Shown here one piece after another: positions 1 through 11,700 of a stretch of DNA of 40,115 nt. Position 1 is the stretch's first letter; each line of letters starts with the position of its first letter. This DNA comes from Nemertoderma westbladi (Eukaryota > Animalia > Xenacoelomorpha). The position numbers and the translations under genes are program-made. The stretch covers positions 1 to 40,115 of the forward strand of contig JAUCBJ010002025.1 in NCBI GenBank assembly GCA_032718475.1. The letters are read 5' to 3'. The notes beneath the pieces were generated by a model. It searched no databases and was not told the DNA's origin. It saw only the letters and a list, made by a program, of their open reading frames with translations.

Positions 1-1856
1 GTCTCTCGGGCAGTTCTACGGGGCACAGGTAGCTTAGTGCTATGTAGAGGGAATTTATAGGTAGTCTCAGGGAGCACAGGTATGTCTATCACCGAAGGGG
101 TGATTTCAAGAACAGACCTACTTATTTCAGGCTCATCTACTATAGTAGGGAGTCTTTCTATTTTAATTATTTGGTCTGTGGGCTCTGTACTACCTAAGTT
201 GGTGTTATTTAGTTGCCTTCTAACAGCTGGAGGCAAATCAGGCAATTTCTGACGGTGGAATGTTCTTTTATGTCTGCTTAGGCGAGATCGATTTCTTCCA
301 CCTTCAGTGTCGGTGGTATCGCCTTCCTCAGATGATGTATACCCCTGTCTCTTGGGAGTAGATCGACTCATCATCTGCATATTGCTCGCTGTTAACTGTT
401 TATTGAAGTTGTCTTGCTTCTCTTGAAGAATTTCCAACTCTAGTTGGGTTGCCTCTTCAGATGCCCTCCGTTCGGCTTCTACCACTGCCTCTGCTGTTGC
501 CAATGCCGCTTTTCTTTCCGCTTCGGCCTCTGCCACTGCCGATGCCGCTTTCCTCTCCGCTTCGGCCTCTGCCACTGCCACTGCCACTGCCGCTTTTCTT
601 TCCGCTTCTGCCGCTGCTACTGCTGCTGCCGCTTTTCTTTCCGCTTCTGCCTCTGCCACTGCTGCTGCCACTGCCGCTGTCTTTCTATCTTCTATACGTT
701 TTTTCTTTACTTGTTCTTCTCGTTCTCTAGCGATGCGGAGTTGTTCATCGAATTTAGCTTGGTTCGCCGCTAACCTATCCACATCAATTGCATCCAACAC
801 ACGCTGGGCTCCTTCACTATTAGGGCTAAGCCCATCTAGTCTTCTCCGCAACTCTTCATCACCTACGAAACGCTGATAGTCTGACAGATAGATGTCAATG
901 GCATCCCTCTTATGCGGTTTTTCTGCCGTCGCTTCACTTTCCACTTGGGAAAAAGTAGCGTCTGTTGATTCTCCATGGGTTGAGCGCTCCTCCAACTGAG
1001 CTTTCCACTGAGCTGCTCCTTGAACCTGGCGACTCACCCGTTGAAACCAAGTCTTCACGGCAACTTGCAACGACGTGTCTTGTCTTCTTTTAGAAGCCTC
1101 CTCAAAGGCGGATAAGATTAGCCTAATCCGCAGAACTCTTTCTCTAACTTGATAAAGCAGCGATCCCTGCTCTTGAGGTCCTTGAGGTTGTTGAAACAGT
1201 TGTCTCTCTACTCGCTCCATAGAGCTGAAGAATCCCTGTGCGTATCCGGCTGCGGACCTCTTCCATACAGCTGGATCGATGGTTTCCTTGGCTACTCCCA
1301 TCCGGTGTATGTCTTCCCAGGCAGCTTCTGATAAATCAAACGGGAGTCCGGGTCCGGGGAAGTTCCATTGCGACTCGACAATAGACTTCAGTTCTTCACT
1401 AGTGTATCCCGCGTAGTTATCTCTAGTTGACCGTTGACTTCTCGCCCAATCAATCTGGTGTTCTTCCACCGCGATCAATAACCCAGCGAGCACGGCTGCA
1501 GGAAGGATGAGAAGGGGATCCGTATAAACCGCATCCGTCATCTCTGCTCCGCTCTCGGGTGTCAGCTCTACAGTATCCTCACTACTGGAGCTGCTGGGCC
1601 GCTGAGGAATAAGTTCTTGACTAGCGGGTTGTTGCTGTTCCGCTGCCTTTTGGTCCCGCTTGACCTGAGCTCGAGTGCCTATGATAGACCTACGATGTTG
1701 GACCAGCCTAGGTTCTGTTATTACTACTGGAGGGATGACCTTCCTCACAGTGGGAGGTGAACTAGATTTACGACCAGACGGTTGTACGTCTCTATCTGAG
1801 TCGCAGATAGTTACATCTAATAAACTGTCTGACAGGTTCTGCTTAGTATCAGACAT
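1..1856 (-). CDS. gag: Gag N-terminal region of A1 (partial, runs off the window)
   Basis: ATG at 1856 gives MSDTKQNLSDSLLDVTICDSDRDVQPSGRKSSSPPTVRK, homologous to MSDTQQNLSDSLIDTTICDTDR... at 32126, with the same Ala/Glu coiled-coil repeat at ~450-700. Absent from the ORF track, consistent with no in-window stop. Confidence 0.85.
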   Translation of the reverse strand, partial: MSDTKQNLSDSLLDVTICDSDRDVQPSGRKSSSPPTVRKVIPPVVITEPRLVQHRRSIIGTRAQVKRDQKAAEQQQPASQELIPQRPSSSSSEDTVELTPESGAEMTDAVYTDPLLILPAAVLAGLLIAVEEHQIDWARSQRSTRDNYAGYTSEELKSIVESQWNFPGPGLPFDLSEAAWEDIHRMGVAKETIDPAVWKRSAAGYAQGFFSSMERVERQLFQQPQGPQEQGSLLYQVRERVLRIRLILSAFEEASKRRQDTSLQVAVKTWFQRVSRQVQGAAQWKAQLEERSTHGESTDATFSQVESEATAEKPHKRDAIDIYLSDYQRFVGDEELRRRLDGLSPNSEGAQRVLDAIDVDRLAANQAKFDEQLRIAREREEQVKKKRIEDRKTAAVAAAVAEAEAERKAAAAVAAAEAERKAAVAVAVAEAEAERKAASAVAEAEAERKAALATAEAVVEAERRASEEATQLELEILQEKQDNFNKQLTASNMQMMSRSTPKRQGYTSSEEGDTTDTEGGRNRSRLSRHKRTFHRQKLPDLPPAVRRQLNNTNLGSTEPTDQIIKIERLPTIVDEPEISRSVLEITPSVIDIPVLPETTYKFPLHSTKLPVPRRTARE

Positions 1857-1991
1857 GACTATGTATACCGTTGAATGTCTACTGCTGTATTACAGTCTGA
1901 GTAAGTCTAGTAACTCAGTATTACCTGTTAGCCTAGTAATTAATTACCGGTACTGCTACTCAGTGTAGCGTGATATATATAATATATTAGA

Positions 1992-2236
1992 ATACCGGTA
2001 TACTTATAGTATATATAACTATATAAGTATTATTACAGACTAGGTTTATCACAGAATACCGGTATAATTTTAGCACAAATGTATATAAATATATAATAGG
2101 CCTATCGGAATACCGGTATACAGCTTACAGTTTGTAGGATATATAATTCTGAAATAGAATTAATTACAAGTACCGGTATAATTCCAGCCTAGATTTATAG
2201 AAATAAAGATAATAGGCCTATCGTAAATACCGGTAT
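1992..2236. repeat. Degenerate ~55-65 bp tandem units in the A1 leader, each with the palindrome TACCGGTA
   Basis: TACCGGTA near 1993, 2057, 2111, 2172 and 2228; counterpart at ~31739-31990 in A3. Confidence 0.6.
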
Positions 2237-3189
2237 ATCAATTATTTCAAATAATTGAATTTCTGTTACTTTAGGTTACTTGGTTACGTTACTTACTTTA
2301 TTACCGTTATTTGAGCAGTAATCCAACTTATATTGAGGCCTAATGGTTGTATGGTAGGCCTACGATTTATAAATCGTTAGATTTGATTTATAATATATAT
2401 ATACCCGTTTTAATGGGTTTTGTCAATGTTTGAAATAAATGTTATTATTTCTGGGGAGTAATCACTACACAAAGCGGTGCGCTTTCAGTGAAGTGTTACG
2501 TACAGGACACTAAAACAAATAATACTAATTTACCTAAGTTACTTAATACTACAAATTACGTACAATTTGGGTTGAGATTACAATCTCTAAATAAACACAA
2601 AATTTTACAAAACACAAATACGAATTTTTAGGGTAATTTTACAAGAAGTCTACAAACCAGCCTAACAAAGGGTTAGAAAACTGATTATTACAGCGGACAG
2701 GGTACTACGGTATTTGAAATAATAAGTAGTAGTAAATACACTGCGTTGTCTAGATAGGAAAATACCACCGCCTGACGACCTATAGCCGTATCGCTATAGG
2801 TTCTACGTTATGTATCACGGAGTGTTCCTACCTAGAAGTTAATAGAGCTAATCGAATGTGCCTATCAACCACTTTACAACACAGATATAATGCCTACAAT
2901 AATTACTTCGGAAAGCACTGTACACTAAACCCTAAATTAGGTACGAGTACTTGTACAACAGATAATCAGTAGTTAAATATACTTGAACAGCTAAAAGAAC
3001 CACGGCATCTGCTGGAGTGACCGATGCACAAAATCACCAGTCTTTACCTACGCCGAGCAGCCCGTGTAGTACCGGGGTTAATTTAACTATAGCGGTATGT
3101 ATAACAAACACAATTACTGTAGGAACAAACTTGGGGACTTGAATGTTGCGAATAATCGCATAAACTCTGAATAATAAATATTACGCTAC

Positions 3190-3745
3190 GCGTACAAACT
3201 ACTCAAACAAAATACAGACCGAACACTGACAGACTACTATCAAGCCTAAACAAACTACGGTATATGCAGACTCCGAAATGATTAGGGAGTATGCGCTCTA
3301 ACCCAGTAGTGCGACTTATTCTTTAGTTGGGGGTTTACCTTACAGCGTTGCTGCCCCTACTTCCTAACCGTACTTAATCGGACAGATGATCTACACACGC
3401 GGCAATCCGTTCAGACCTAATAACAGCCAGACAACTATCCAGCCTACAAATTATCTAAATAAAATTATACGCTACCCGTACAGACTTACACAAACAAAGT
3501 ACAGACTAAACGATGGCAGACCACTCTCAAGCCTAAATGAACCACAGGACATGCAGACTCCGAAATGATTAGGGAGTATGCGCTCTAACCCAGTAGTGCG
3601 ACTTATTCTTTAGTTGGGGGATTACCTTACAGCGTTGGCTGCCCCTACTTCCTAACCGTACTTAATCGGACAAGTGCTCTACACACACTGCAATCCGTTC
3701 AGACTTAACAGCAATCAGACAACAGCTCAGCCTACAAATTGTCTG
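3190..3745. repeat. Two-unit ~287-bp tandem duplication in the A1 leader
   Basis: ATGCAGACTCCGAAATGATTAGGGAG...CTTAATCGGACA at 3264 and 3551, almost identical; outer limits approximate. Confidence 0.85.
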
Positions 3746-4011
3746 TACAATCTGATCAGGTTTACACGCCTTCTGTTCAATACTGGCCTACAAACAAATA
3801 AAACTTGACAGAAATAAGTAAAAATCTCAATAAAAACCAGGGCTGCAGTCCCTGATTAATTATTAAGGCCTACTGGTATATAACAATCAAAATCGAATAA
3901 TACTGCTGTAGGTACCGGTCCGGATGATCAGGCAGTCAGGCCTACTGGTTACCGGTCGACCGGTACTTTCGACTTTATTGCTTACTGCAATAAAGAAGCT
4001 ATATCCTTTAA

Positions 4012-5246
4012 TGTTCGCGCTTTCAGACCTTTGGCAGTTTAACCCACCAAATTAGAGATGTCTTCTAGATATTAAATCTGCTTTTAGTCTATGACAAGTA
4101 TTTGATTCACTACACTAGTCGAAACCAATCCGTGCGCGACCATTCACCCGCTGGATATTCCCGGGAGATTGGGTTCGACGGTTTAATTTTTATTGCTATG
4201 TAAGCCTAATGTATTATTCGACTGACAGTATTATATAATCTCTGACAATATTATTCACCTTCGGTAATATTAACAGTTCCTTTAGGACGTGGCGCTTTAT
4301 CTATATAAACAGAGTTATGACTTAAACTACTCACAACGATATGGCTTAATTATAATTCACATATATGGCGCATTCTTTAGGAATTGCTTCTTTAACAGAC
4401 TCACTCATACACAATGCTGCACAATACTGCACACTAATCTGCCAATCTTCACTGATTTTAGTCACATATAAAAGGAACACAGGCTGACTCATGTAGGGTC
4501 TATCAAATAACATTGGATTCACTTCAAACCACTTTAACATAAGTCACAATCGTTATTGGTAACCTTTCTCTCTTACCTTCGGTATATCAAGAATATTGGG
4601 TTTCGGGGTGATTTATCGTTATTCCAAATATAATAATTCATCAACCATATTATGAAGAAATGACAGTAAATAGCAGTATAACACAACAACTGAACACTGA
4701 TTGTTATGAGTTTGCAATGTTTCAGCAGTCAGGATGTATGATAAGTTATCAGTAGTCATTAGATGCGTTAAAGGATATATGCCCTTTATAATTAAACCTA
4801 CTAGTGTACGACTAAAAAGCAGTACAGCACAAAATACTTTCAAGCCGTTCTTTCTTTGGCTCAAGACTGAATGTAAACACTGCACATAGGCATTGCGTCA
4901 TTTCTCGGAAATTTTCTGTACAAGGAGCCACAAAAACGCTCTCATTGGCTGACTGAACTGAGAGACGCCGTAGAACAAAGGAAATCAACACGTATGAATG
5001 TCAGCTGTTAACCGTAGTCATAGTAACTACTGTTCAAGAGTAGCTATCACCCCTTTGCGTCACGAATTGCCATAGAACCACAAAATATGCCTTTCACAGT
5101 ACACATACGGAGGAAATAGGTCTTAGATCCTCTAAAAACACCGATACAGCAATAATACGGTCTCTTACACTTATTAAATCAACTACAGAGTATTTTAATG
5201 TAAAAGATAATAAAAATAACGGGGCAATTCAGCAAAGGCTTTTACA
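4012..5246 (-). repeat. 5' LTR of A1 (1235 bp, TGTAAAAG...GCGAACA)
   Basis: Similarity to 23686-24878 starts and stops exactly at TG/CA termini; the same termini bound 28647-29862. Confidence 0.88.
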
Positions 5247-5614
5247 CGACTCTCGATGTGCTCCTTTGAATATTCCACCCTCTCTATGACATAGTGGAGC
5301 AGCCTGCCAATCGCTTTATCCACCAATGGCGTCCCACTAATCATTACTTTTGTTACCCATTTCCCATTCCATCCCAGTCTCTCACCAAACTGATGGCGCC
5401 TTGGTAATGCTCAATAAGGTAAGAGATAACTAATTCTACCTTAATCAGTGTTAAAATCTGAGATGGCCTACTGCTTTCTTCCTTATTCACATTACTCTAG
5501 GCCATGTGTTACCCCAGTCTCCAGCTTCCATCCGCAACATCAACACCCATTTGACTGATCCCGTTGATCCAGCCTCCCACAGTACACTCTATCTATGGGG
5601 TGGTGCATTAGTAC

Positions 5615-5790
5615 TTATGGTCCCATTAACCCGGCATCGTATGTAATTGCGTACTCATACAATCCTAAATGTGGTACTATGTTCCCTTCTAATCCTAAAT
5701 GTGGTACTATATACCCTTCTAATCCTAAAAAATAGTACGTATTATGTACTATCATTGGTCCCATTGACCCGGCGTTAGTGCATATGGTCC
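5615..5790. repeat. Small degenerate tandem repeat (30-bp AATCCTAAATGTGGTACTAT.. units, duplicated GGTCCCATTRACCCGGC)
   Basis: Units at 5661, 5691 and 5721; GGTCCCATT(A/G)ACCCGGC at 5619 and 5757. Confidence 0.6.
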
Positions 5791-7739
5791 CATTCTCATT
5801 ATGCAGCCACCCTAGTATGACCAAGGAATCCGTCCAATAGTGTGTCTCCACTATACTTGGTATCGTATCCACCAAATATGCTGTTGCTCTCGATCCCAAT
5901 CTCACAGCCGTTAGTTCTAGTTTTGATACTCATGCTGAATCTGGTGGTGTTTGACCTCGCTTTGCTAAACGCTAGTCTGGGATTATGAGTCTCCTTTCGC
6001 TGCACTAAATAAAGCGCTGCACCATATGCTTCCAGGGATGCATTGGAGAATATATGTAATTCTAACTCAGTCATGTCTCCATCCGGGAAGTATACCCGTG
6101 GTATACTATAAGTTCCCATATCTTCCAAGCTCCCCGTCTATTTCTCCCATTGTTTACTTATCTCTATTGGAACCTCCGCATCCCAATCATCCTTGAGCTT
6201 GTAAACCTTCTTAAGTATTTGTTTCCCTGTAACTAGTAAAGGGGATGCTAGCCCTAGCGGATTGTAGATCCTCGCTATGTACAACACATAGCCCCTCTTC
6301 GTATCGTTCCCTGCACCCTCCTGACTTAGCTGGTATTGCAACTCGTCCTTCTCTCGATTCCACACAATCCCCAGAGGTTTCTGCTGTGATTCTACTCTTT
6401 TATCCACCATAATTTGCTCTTTCACGGTCATTGGTTTATCCAATTTCACTTCCGGCTGTTTGTCCTCTATGGCTTCCACGAATTCTTTGGAATTCGACTG
6501 GAACTTCATCAAGTTGAATCCTGATTTCCTCAGGAAGTCGCGAACTTCGCGGCCCATCTCGACGATCCCCAACGGAGTTCCCTGAACCCATCCAATTATC
6601 TATGTAGAATCCATATCGAATCATATCGATCGCCTCCTTACTATACTCTGTTTCCTTACCCTTGACCGTGTCTCTCACCACCGTGGTTGTGCTGATCGAA
6701 GACGATTTCGCCCCCATGTTCTGGATGACCATCTTGACATCGGTATGATTGATGTTCGTTATCACCATCATACCATAGGAAGCGCTGACTATCACTATCC
6801 TCTTCTGTTACTTGGACTTGGTTAAATATCCCTTCAATATCACATGTGAAGGCATGTTTCCCACTCCTGAATCGCAACAAGACTTCAATTCCTGAGTTGT
6901 ATATATGGGGCCCTCTAACAGATAGTCGTTGAGACACTTCCCATTTGTCTGAGTGGAAGCATCTACTACCATTCTTAGGTTGCCCTTCTTGGGATCCAGG
7001 ACCATATGAAGTGGCTGATAATACATTATATCGGTGTCTGGTTGGTCTACTGGTAGTTCCATGGCCTACCCCCGATCTACATACTTCTTCAATGTTTTGT
7101 GTATCTCGTCGTTTTTCTCCAGACTCTGTTTAAGCGTTTGCTTTAATTTCTGGAGTCTTATCTCGACCATCCGCATATTGTTCGGCGGGGGCAATTTTGG
7201 TTCTTTCCACACCATGCCTATGGTGTATTGGGCCACGGAGTGTCCATCCGAATGGCGTTAGGTTAGCCACCGGGTCTCACTCCCTATCATCGCCAAAGAT
7301 GGTTTTTTGTCTCTCATGGACTGTCAGGCAGTCCATGCCAACAATAAGAGAAATCTTTGGGACATCGAGTTCAGGCGTCGAGAAATCGATACAGTCCAGG
7401 TACCAGTATTGTTCGGTTTCGATGTTAGTTGGTCGCCTGGCATTGATGTTAATCGACTCCATGATCTGAATGGGCTCTATGGTAGCTCCATAGTTGCATC
7501 CTGGTGTTATGGCTCCTATCTGACACCTTCCTGTCCTCATTGGCATGACCTCGACTTTGGTCGATATTGTGGTCACCGCCATTTTACTCGGCTTGGTCTT
7601 GGGTTAGCGTAAATGCTGCCCCACTGTCGATCAACATTATTGTTGTTATCGACCACCCCTTCTCTCCTATCATCCTTACTGGTACGACCCCAAGCAGTAC
7701 TGTTCCTCTCCTCCTAAAATCTGCAGTGCTTGTTGCCAT

Positions 7740-8054
7740 ACTACTACTAGGATCGGCATGCTGCATTGCAGCTACATTTTTAAGAATGCTGTGCCGGCTT
7801 GTCATCAAAATTGCACTGCCACAACTCCCTATCACCCATGACATTTGCTAGATCATCTGCATCTTTAAGGCCAGTGTCCTTTAAGATGCGTCTCAAGAAA
7901 GTCATGGGCTGTCCACCATGCTTATTCACTCCATGAGGCTGCCAAAGTACAAGATTATGCACTGGCTGGTCCTCACGGCGAAAGCAATGTCCTGCAAAGC
8001 GGAGGCGATTTTGTTCTAGTGTCAAGCTTGGGGGAACCAATGAGACACCTCCAA
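7740..8054 (-). mobile_element. 5'-truncated RTE-like LINE (3' end with (TAG)n tail) with 9-bp target-site duplication
   Basis: Reverse complement of the LINE end at ~21180-21500; TGTTGCCAT at 7731-7739 and 8055-8063. Confidence 0.92.
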
Positions 8055-8175
8055 TGTTGCCATGGTCTGGCCTCCTGTTTCAGCGTACTTTGGCGGATGT
8101 TCTCGCCACCTATCCTTCCTATGTCCTCCTACCGCATATCTGTGGCATAGTCCAAACCTCCCAATATAAGCTAGT

Positions 8176-8218
8176 CTACTACTAGGATCGGCATGCTGCA
8201 TTGCAGCTACATTTTTAA
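8176..8218 (-). mobile_element. 43-bp LINE 3' UTR and tail remnant
   Basis: CTACTACTAGGATCGGCATGCTGCATTGCAGCTACATTTTTAA is identical to the tail starting at 7741; no TSD seen. Confidence 0.85.
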
Positions 8219-9314
8219 TGTATCGCTGTAGTAGCGCTGTAGCGCTGTATACTGGATCCGTGATCAATTTTGCCTCATAGTTAAGGAAGTTCGACATTTC
8301 TTCCAACTCTTTCTCTCCAACTCCAACTCTTTCTTCTTTTCTCGAGTGGAGAAAGCGATCTTTCTCCTTTTATTCCTTAACCATATCGGTAGTGCCTGCA
8401 ATATTTTTGTGATGTTGTTTCAAGCACTAAGTTCGTACGGTGACTCTAGCATCTTTAAAACTATCAATGCCTTCTCTATTCTGGTGGCAAAGGCTTTGAT
8501 ACTGACAGGGTTATCCGCGAGTCCGCCTGATGTTCCCCTTAAGGTTTGTTGGATGATCTTCGCCGGAAGGCCAAATTCCCTATCCAGGGCTCTCCACACT
8601 GCTGTAAAACCTCCTTTGATACCCTGGTATTGCCTTACAATATCATATGCTGGCCCCCCTGTATAAACTTGTAAATACTTAAGGCACTCCGTCTGTGTCA
8701 TATTTTTCGTAAGTATTTCATTACCATACATCCTCCGGAACTGCAGATATTCCTCCGGTTTTATAGTCATACTGGTATGCGGGTACCTATATAGGTGTAG
8801 CAGGTTTTGGCCTACTCAACGGTATGTAAGCCGCAACTTCCGGATCTAATACCGGCATTTGCGCTACCCTATCCCCTACACTATCTCTCCCAGCATGGGC
8901 TATAGCATGTTCAGTACGGCCTACAGTATGTCCTGCAGTCTGAATGTGGTTCTTCCGGACCGAAGTTTAATCTTATCGAATATTCTGAGAACTCATCCCC
9001 GCGACTACCATATCGTCGATCGGCAGTTACATTCTGACGGGAAGTTTCCCTTCGATCCCTTCTTCTTATCTCGGTATATTCTATACCCCTCTCCCGGTGT
9101 ATAATATACATTGCCAGGCTGTATTCCTTCGGGGCGACGGCAATCTTCCAAAGTACAACCCCACCGGTTCTCTCCCTCCATTCAACTATTGATGGTTATA
9201 TGCTGTCCATCCTATCTCGAAACCTCTTGTTACCTGTAGCAACGTTTTCTCGCTTATCCCTCTCGCCCCCATTGTGTCGTTCACTCCCGGCGTTATATCT
9301 ACATTCATGAGATT

Positions 9315-9400
9315 GGTTGATTGCCAATCAACCTCGTGTCACCCCCAATAAACGGGGACAACAAACCCCAAAGGGCCGCACACAGAGGGAGGTTACTACA
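9315..9400 (+). repeat. Remnant of the B2 5' LTR
   Basis: About 80 bp nearly identical to 19684-19764; probable end ...TTACTACA at 9400. Confidence 0.7.
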
Positions 9401-10529
9401 TCCTTTTCCATCAAACGGTGCGGCTTTTTGACGCGTAAATAAACTCAATCTCGGTCGGGATCCTCCGATCCCGTCACAGTGTAAAGTTACCGACTGGCCT
9501 AGTACAGAGTGACCCAGTGCTGGCCAAGTGTAAAGTTACCAGCTGACCTAAAGAACTGTGACTGCCAGCCACCACTCAGACAGATAAAGATGAGCGAACC
9601 CCAAGATCCAGACGAACGAAACGATCCGCGAGGCTGCGACGCGACGGTATCGACCCACAACGCTGGGATCGTAGACCACGAACGACCCGATAGCCCAGGC
9701 GGAGGGCGGCCGTCTACCAGAGAGGGAGGAAGAGTCGACGCACGAGGGCGCATGACGTACCGATGTCGCCGGCCAGCCACAGGCCGAGGGCGACGGACGG
9801 CCCACCGGAACGGCGACGGTGGGGCCGCCGGTACGACGCCGAACATGGAGAGAAAGAGGGGACGTCAGCGACGAGGATGTCGGAGTTAGCGACCAGCTCC
9901 GACGGGCCTACAATGCGACGAGGAAGCAGATGAAGGAAGCTAAAGAGGGAGCAAAACTAGACCAGGTGAAACTAGATCAGCGACTAGGTGAGTCAAACAA
10001 ACATTTTAACTATCTAGTTCGCTTTGGGCAAGGAGAGTTGGCGGGTGAAAGAGCGAGAGGGGTCGCCACCGAACTGTTCGAGTTGTGGCAGTCTAGGGGT
10101 ATGGAGCCTGGTGTAGTGTACATAGGGCCATACTTAGTGGATGCCAGGGGAATTAAGTTAGTGGGTTGGGTGGGACTGCACGAGCGCGAATCCGAGGTTA
10201 ACCCCGAGGATTCGGTCTTGTTGGTCGGTGAGAACTCCAGAAAGCGGGGGAAAGTTAGTAGGACGGGAAGGCGGCGGGAGTACGTCGTGACCGATAAGTC
10301 TGCTACATCTTCCGCAAAAGTAAGACGGGTGCTAGAAATAGATCTGGCGTGTCAGCTCGATCTGGTGGCGTTAGATCAAAAGGAGTTAGAGATGCAGTTG
10401 GAGGAGGGAACTGCATTATTGGAAAGGGAGAGAGAACTGGCCAGAGAGAATAAAGAGAGGGCCGAGAGGGTCGCAAGAAACTTTAGGGAGTGTGAGGAGA
10501 TAGAAATGAGGGAAGAAAAGGAGCGAGAA

Positions 10530-10800
10530 GAGCGAGAGGCGAAAGAGGCGAGTGAACATAAAGAGCATGAAGCGGCGAGAGAGGCGAAAAGGGCGAGAGC
10601 GGCGAGTGAACGTAAAGGAGCGCGAGGCAAGGGAGGAGAGTAAGCGTGCAGAGCGTGAGGCAAGGGAGGAGAGTGAGCATAAAGAGCGTGAGGCAAGGGA
10701 GGAGAGTGAGCGTAAAGAGCGTGAGGCAAGGGAGGAGAGTGAGCGTGAAGAGCGTGAGGCAAGGGAGGAGAGTAGACATAAAGAGCGTGAGGCGAGACGA
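10530..10800 (+). repeat. 30-bp coding minisatellite (EREAREESEH/RK, coiled coil) in B2 gag
   Basis: GAGCGTGAGGCAAGGGAGGAGAGT recurring every 30 bp. Confidence 0.9.
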
Positions 10801-11104
10801 CTTGAGAGGATTGCGAGAGAGGCGGAATTGGCCAAGCAGAGTTTACGAGAGGATAGAGAGAGGGAGAGAGCGGGAAAACGCGTGCGGGATGATATGCATG
10901 CCCGGCTAAGGGGGCTTATGCAATATCAGGCCAAACAGAAGCGCCGACTGGAACTGGCGCAGATGGGACTGTCAGAGAGGGAGGCTGGCTCGGGTAGTGT
11001 TTACGAGGAGCCAGAAGTTATGGAAACATTTATTAATACCCCACTTACAGGGACCGGACGACAGACCCAAGACTGGTGTGACCGTACGGACGGGGGGGGG
11101 GGGG

Positions 11105-11470
11105 GGGTAATAATAATAATACAGTAGAGAACGTTAATATTAATAGTACCGTAGTGGATAATCCTAACCAAACTTTCATTGCAGGAAATAATATTTTGCC
11201 CGATAGTAGTAATTTAAACCTGAACGATTTTAATATAAATGTAGGAAATAATTCAAATAATGTAGATTCGAATTTACAAAATAATCCAAATAATTTAAAT
11301 AATAATCTAAACCCGAATATACAAATTAATTCAAATAATATAATTACGCAAAATAATTCAAACAATCTTAATTCAAACGAACAAAGTATTCCCGTTTCAA
11401 ATTCAAATAATTCTAATAATTTAATTAATTTAGAAGATAATGTTAATAATGGTGCTATTAATATAAACGT
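11105..11470 (+). other. Asn-rich low-complexity coding tract in B2 gag
   Basis: NNPNNLNNNLNPNIQINSNN...; AT-rich island inside purine-rich gag. Confidence 0.8.
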
Positions 11471-11489
11471 GGCGGACGCGGGTGGCCCA

Positions 11490-11700
11490 GCAAATGAGAG
11501 CCTGGTAGGCCACGTAGTCAGTAGGCAGGGAGTAATGGGGGTGAGAAACCCCAATGAGAGCCTGGTAGGCCACGTAATCAGTAGGCAGGAGGTGGCAGGG
11601 GTGAGAGACCCCGACGGGGGCCTGGTAGGCCACATAGTTAGTGCGCAGGGAGTAGCGGGGTTGAGTCAACCCGACGAGAGCCTACCAGGCAACACAGTGA
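11490..11700 (+). repeat. 60-bp coding tandem repeat (NESLVGHVVSRQGVMGVRNP), ~3.5 units
   Basis: CCTGGTAGGC at 11501, 11561 and 11621; variant at 11681. Confidence 0.88.

Larger units (their letters stand above)
1..5246 (-). mobile_element. BEL/Pao LTR retrotransposon family A, copy A1: 5' LTR, leader and 5' part of gag (continues off the left edge)
   Basis: Reverse complement is colinear with and similar to 28647-~33900, the LTR, leader and gag of the element encoding a BEL/Pao polyprotein. Confidence 0.92.
5790..9310 (-). pseudogene. Decayed BEL/Pao family B copy B1: gag, protease, RT and RNase H remnants
   Basis: Frameshifted fragments: gag (CLKYLQVYTGGPAYDIV, 8420-8770), protease (LIDSGA, ~7620), RT (LLRFRSGKHAFTCDIEG, QRFLW, FYIDN, 6138-7062), Pao RNase H (LHIFSNASLEAYG, YWTDS, 5799-6128). 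Homologous to 12200-18050. Confidence 0.88.

Noticed and set aside
444-773. Cys-rich and Pro/Leu-rich plus-strand ORFs
   Set aside because: Antisense shadows of the Ala/Glu repeat of A1 gag.
10376-10909. Several repetitive short ORFs on both strands
   Set aside because: Alternative-frame readings of the 30-bp gag minisatellite.
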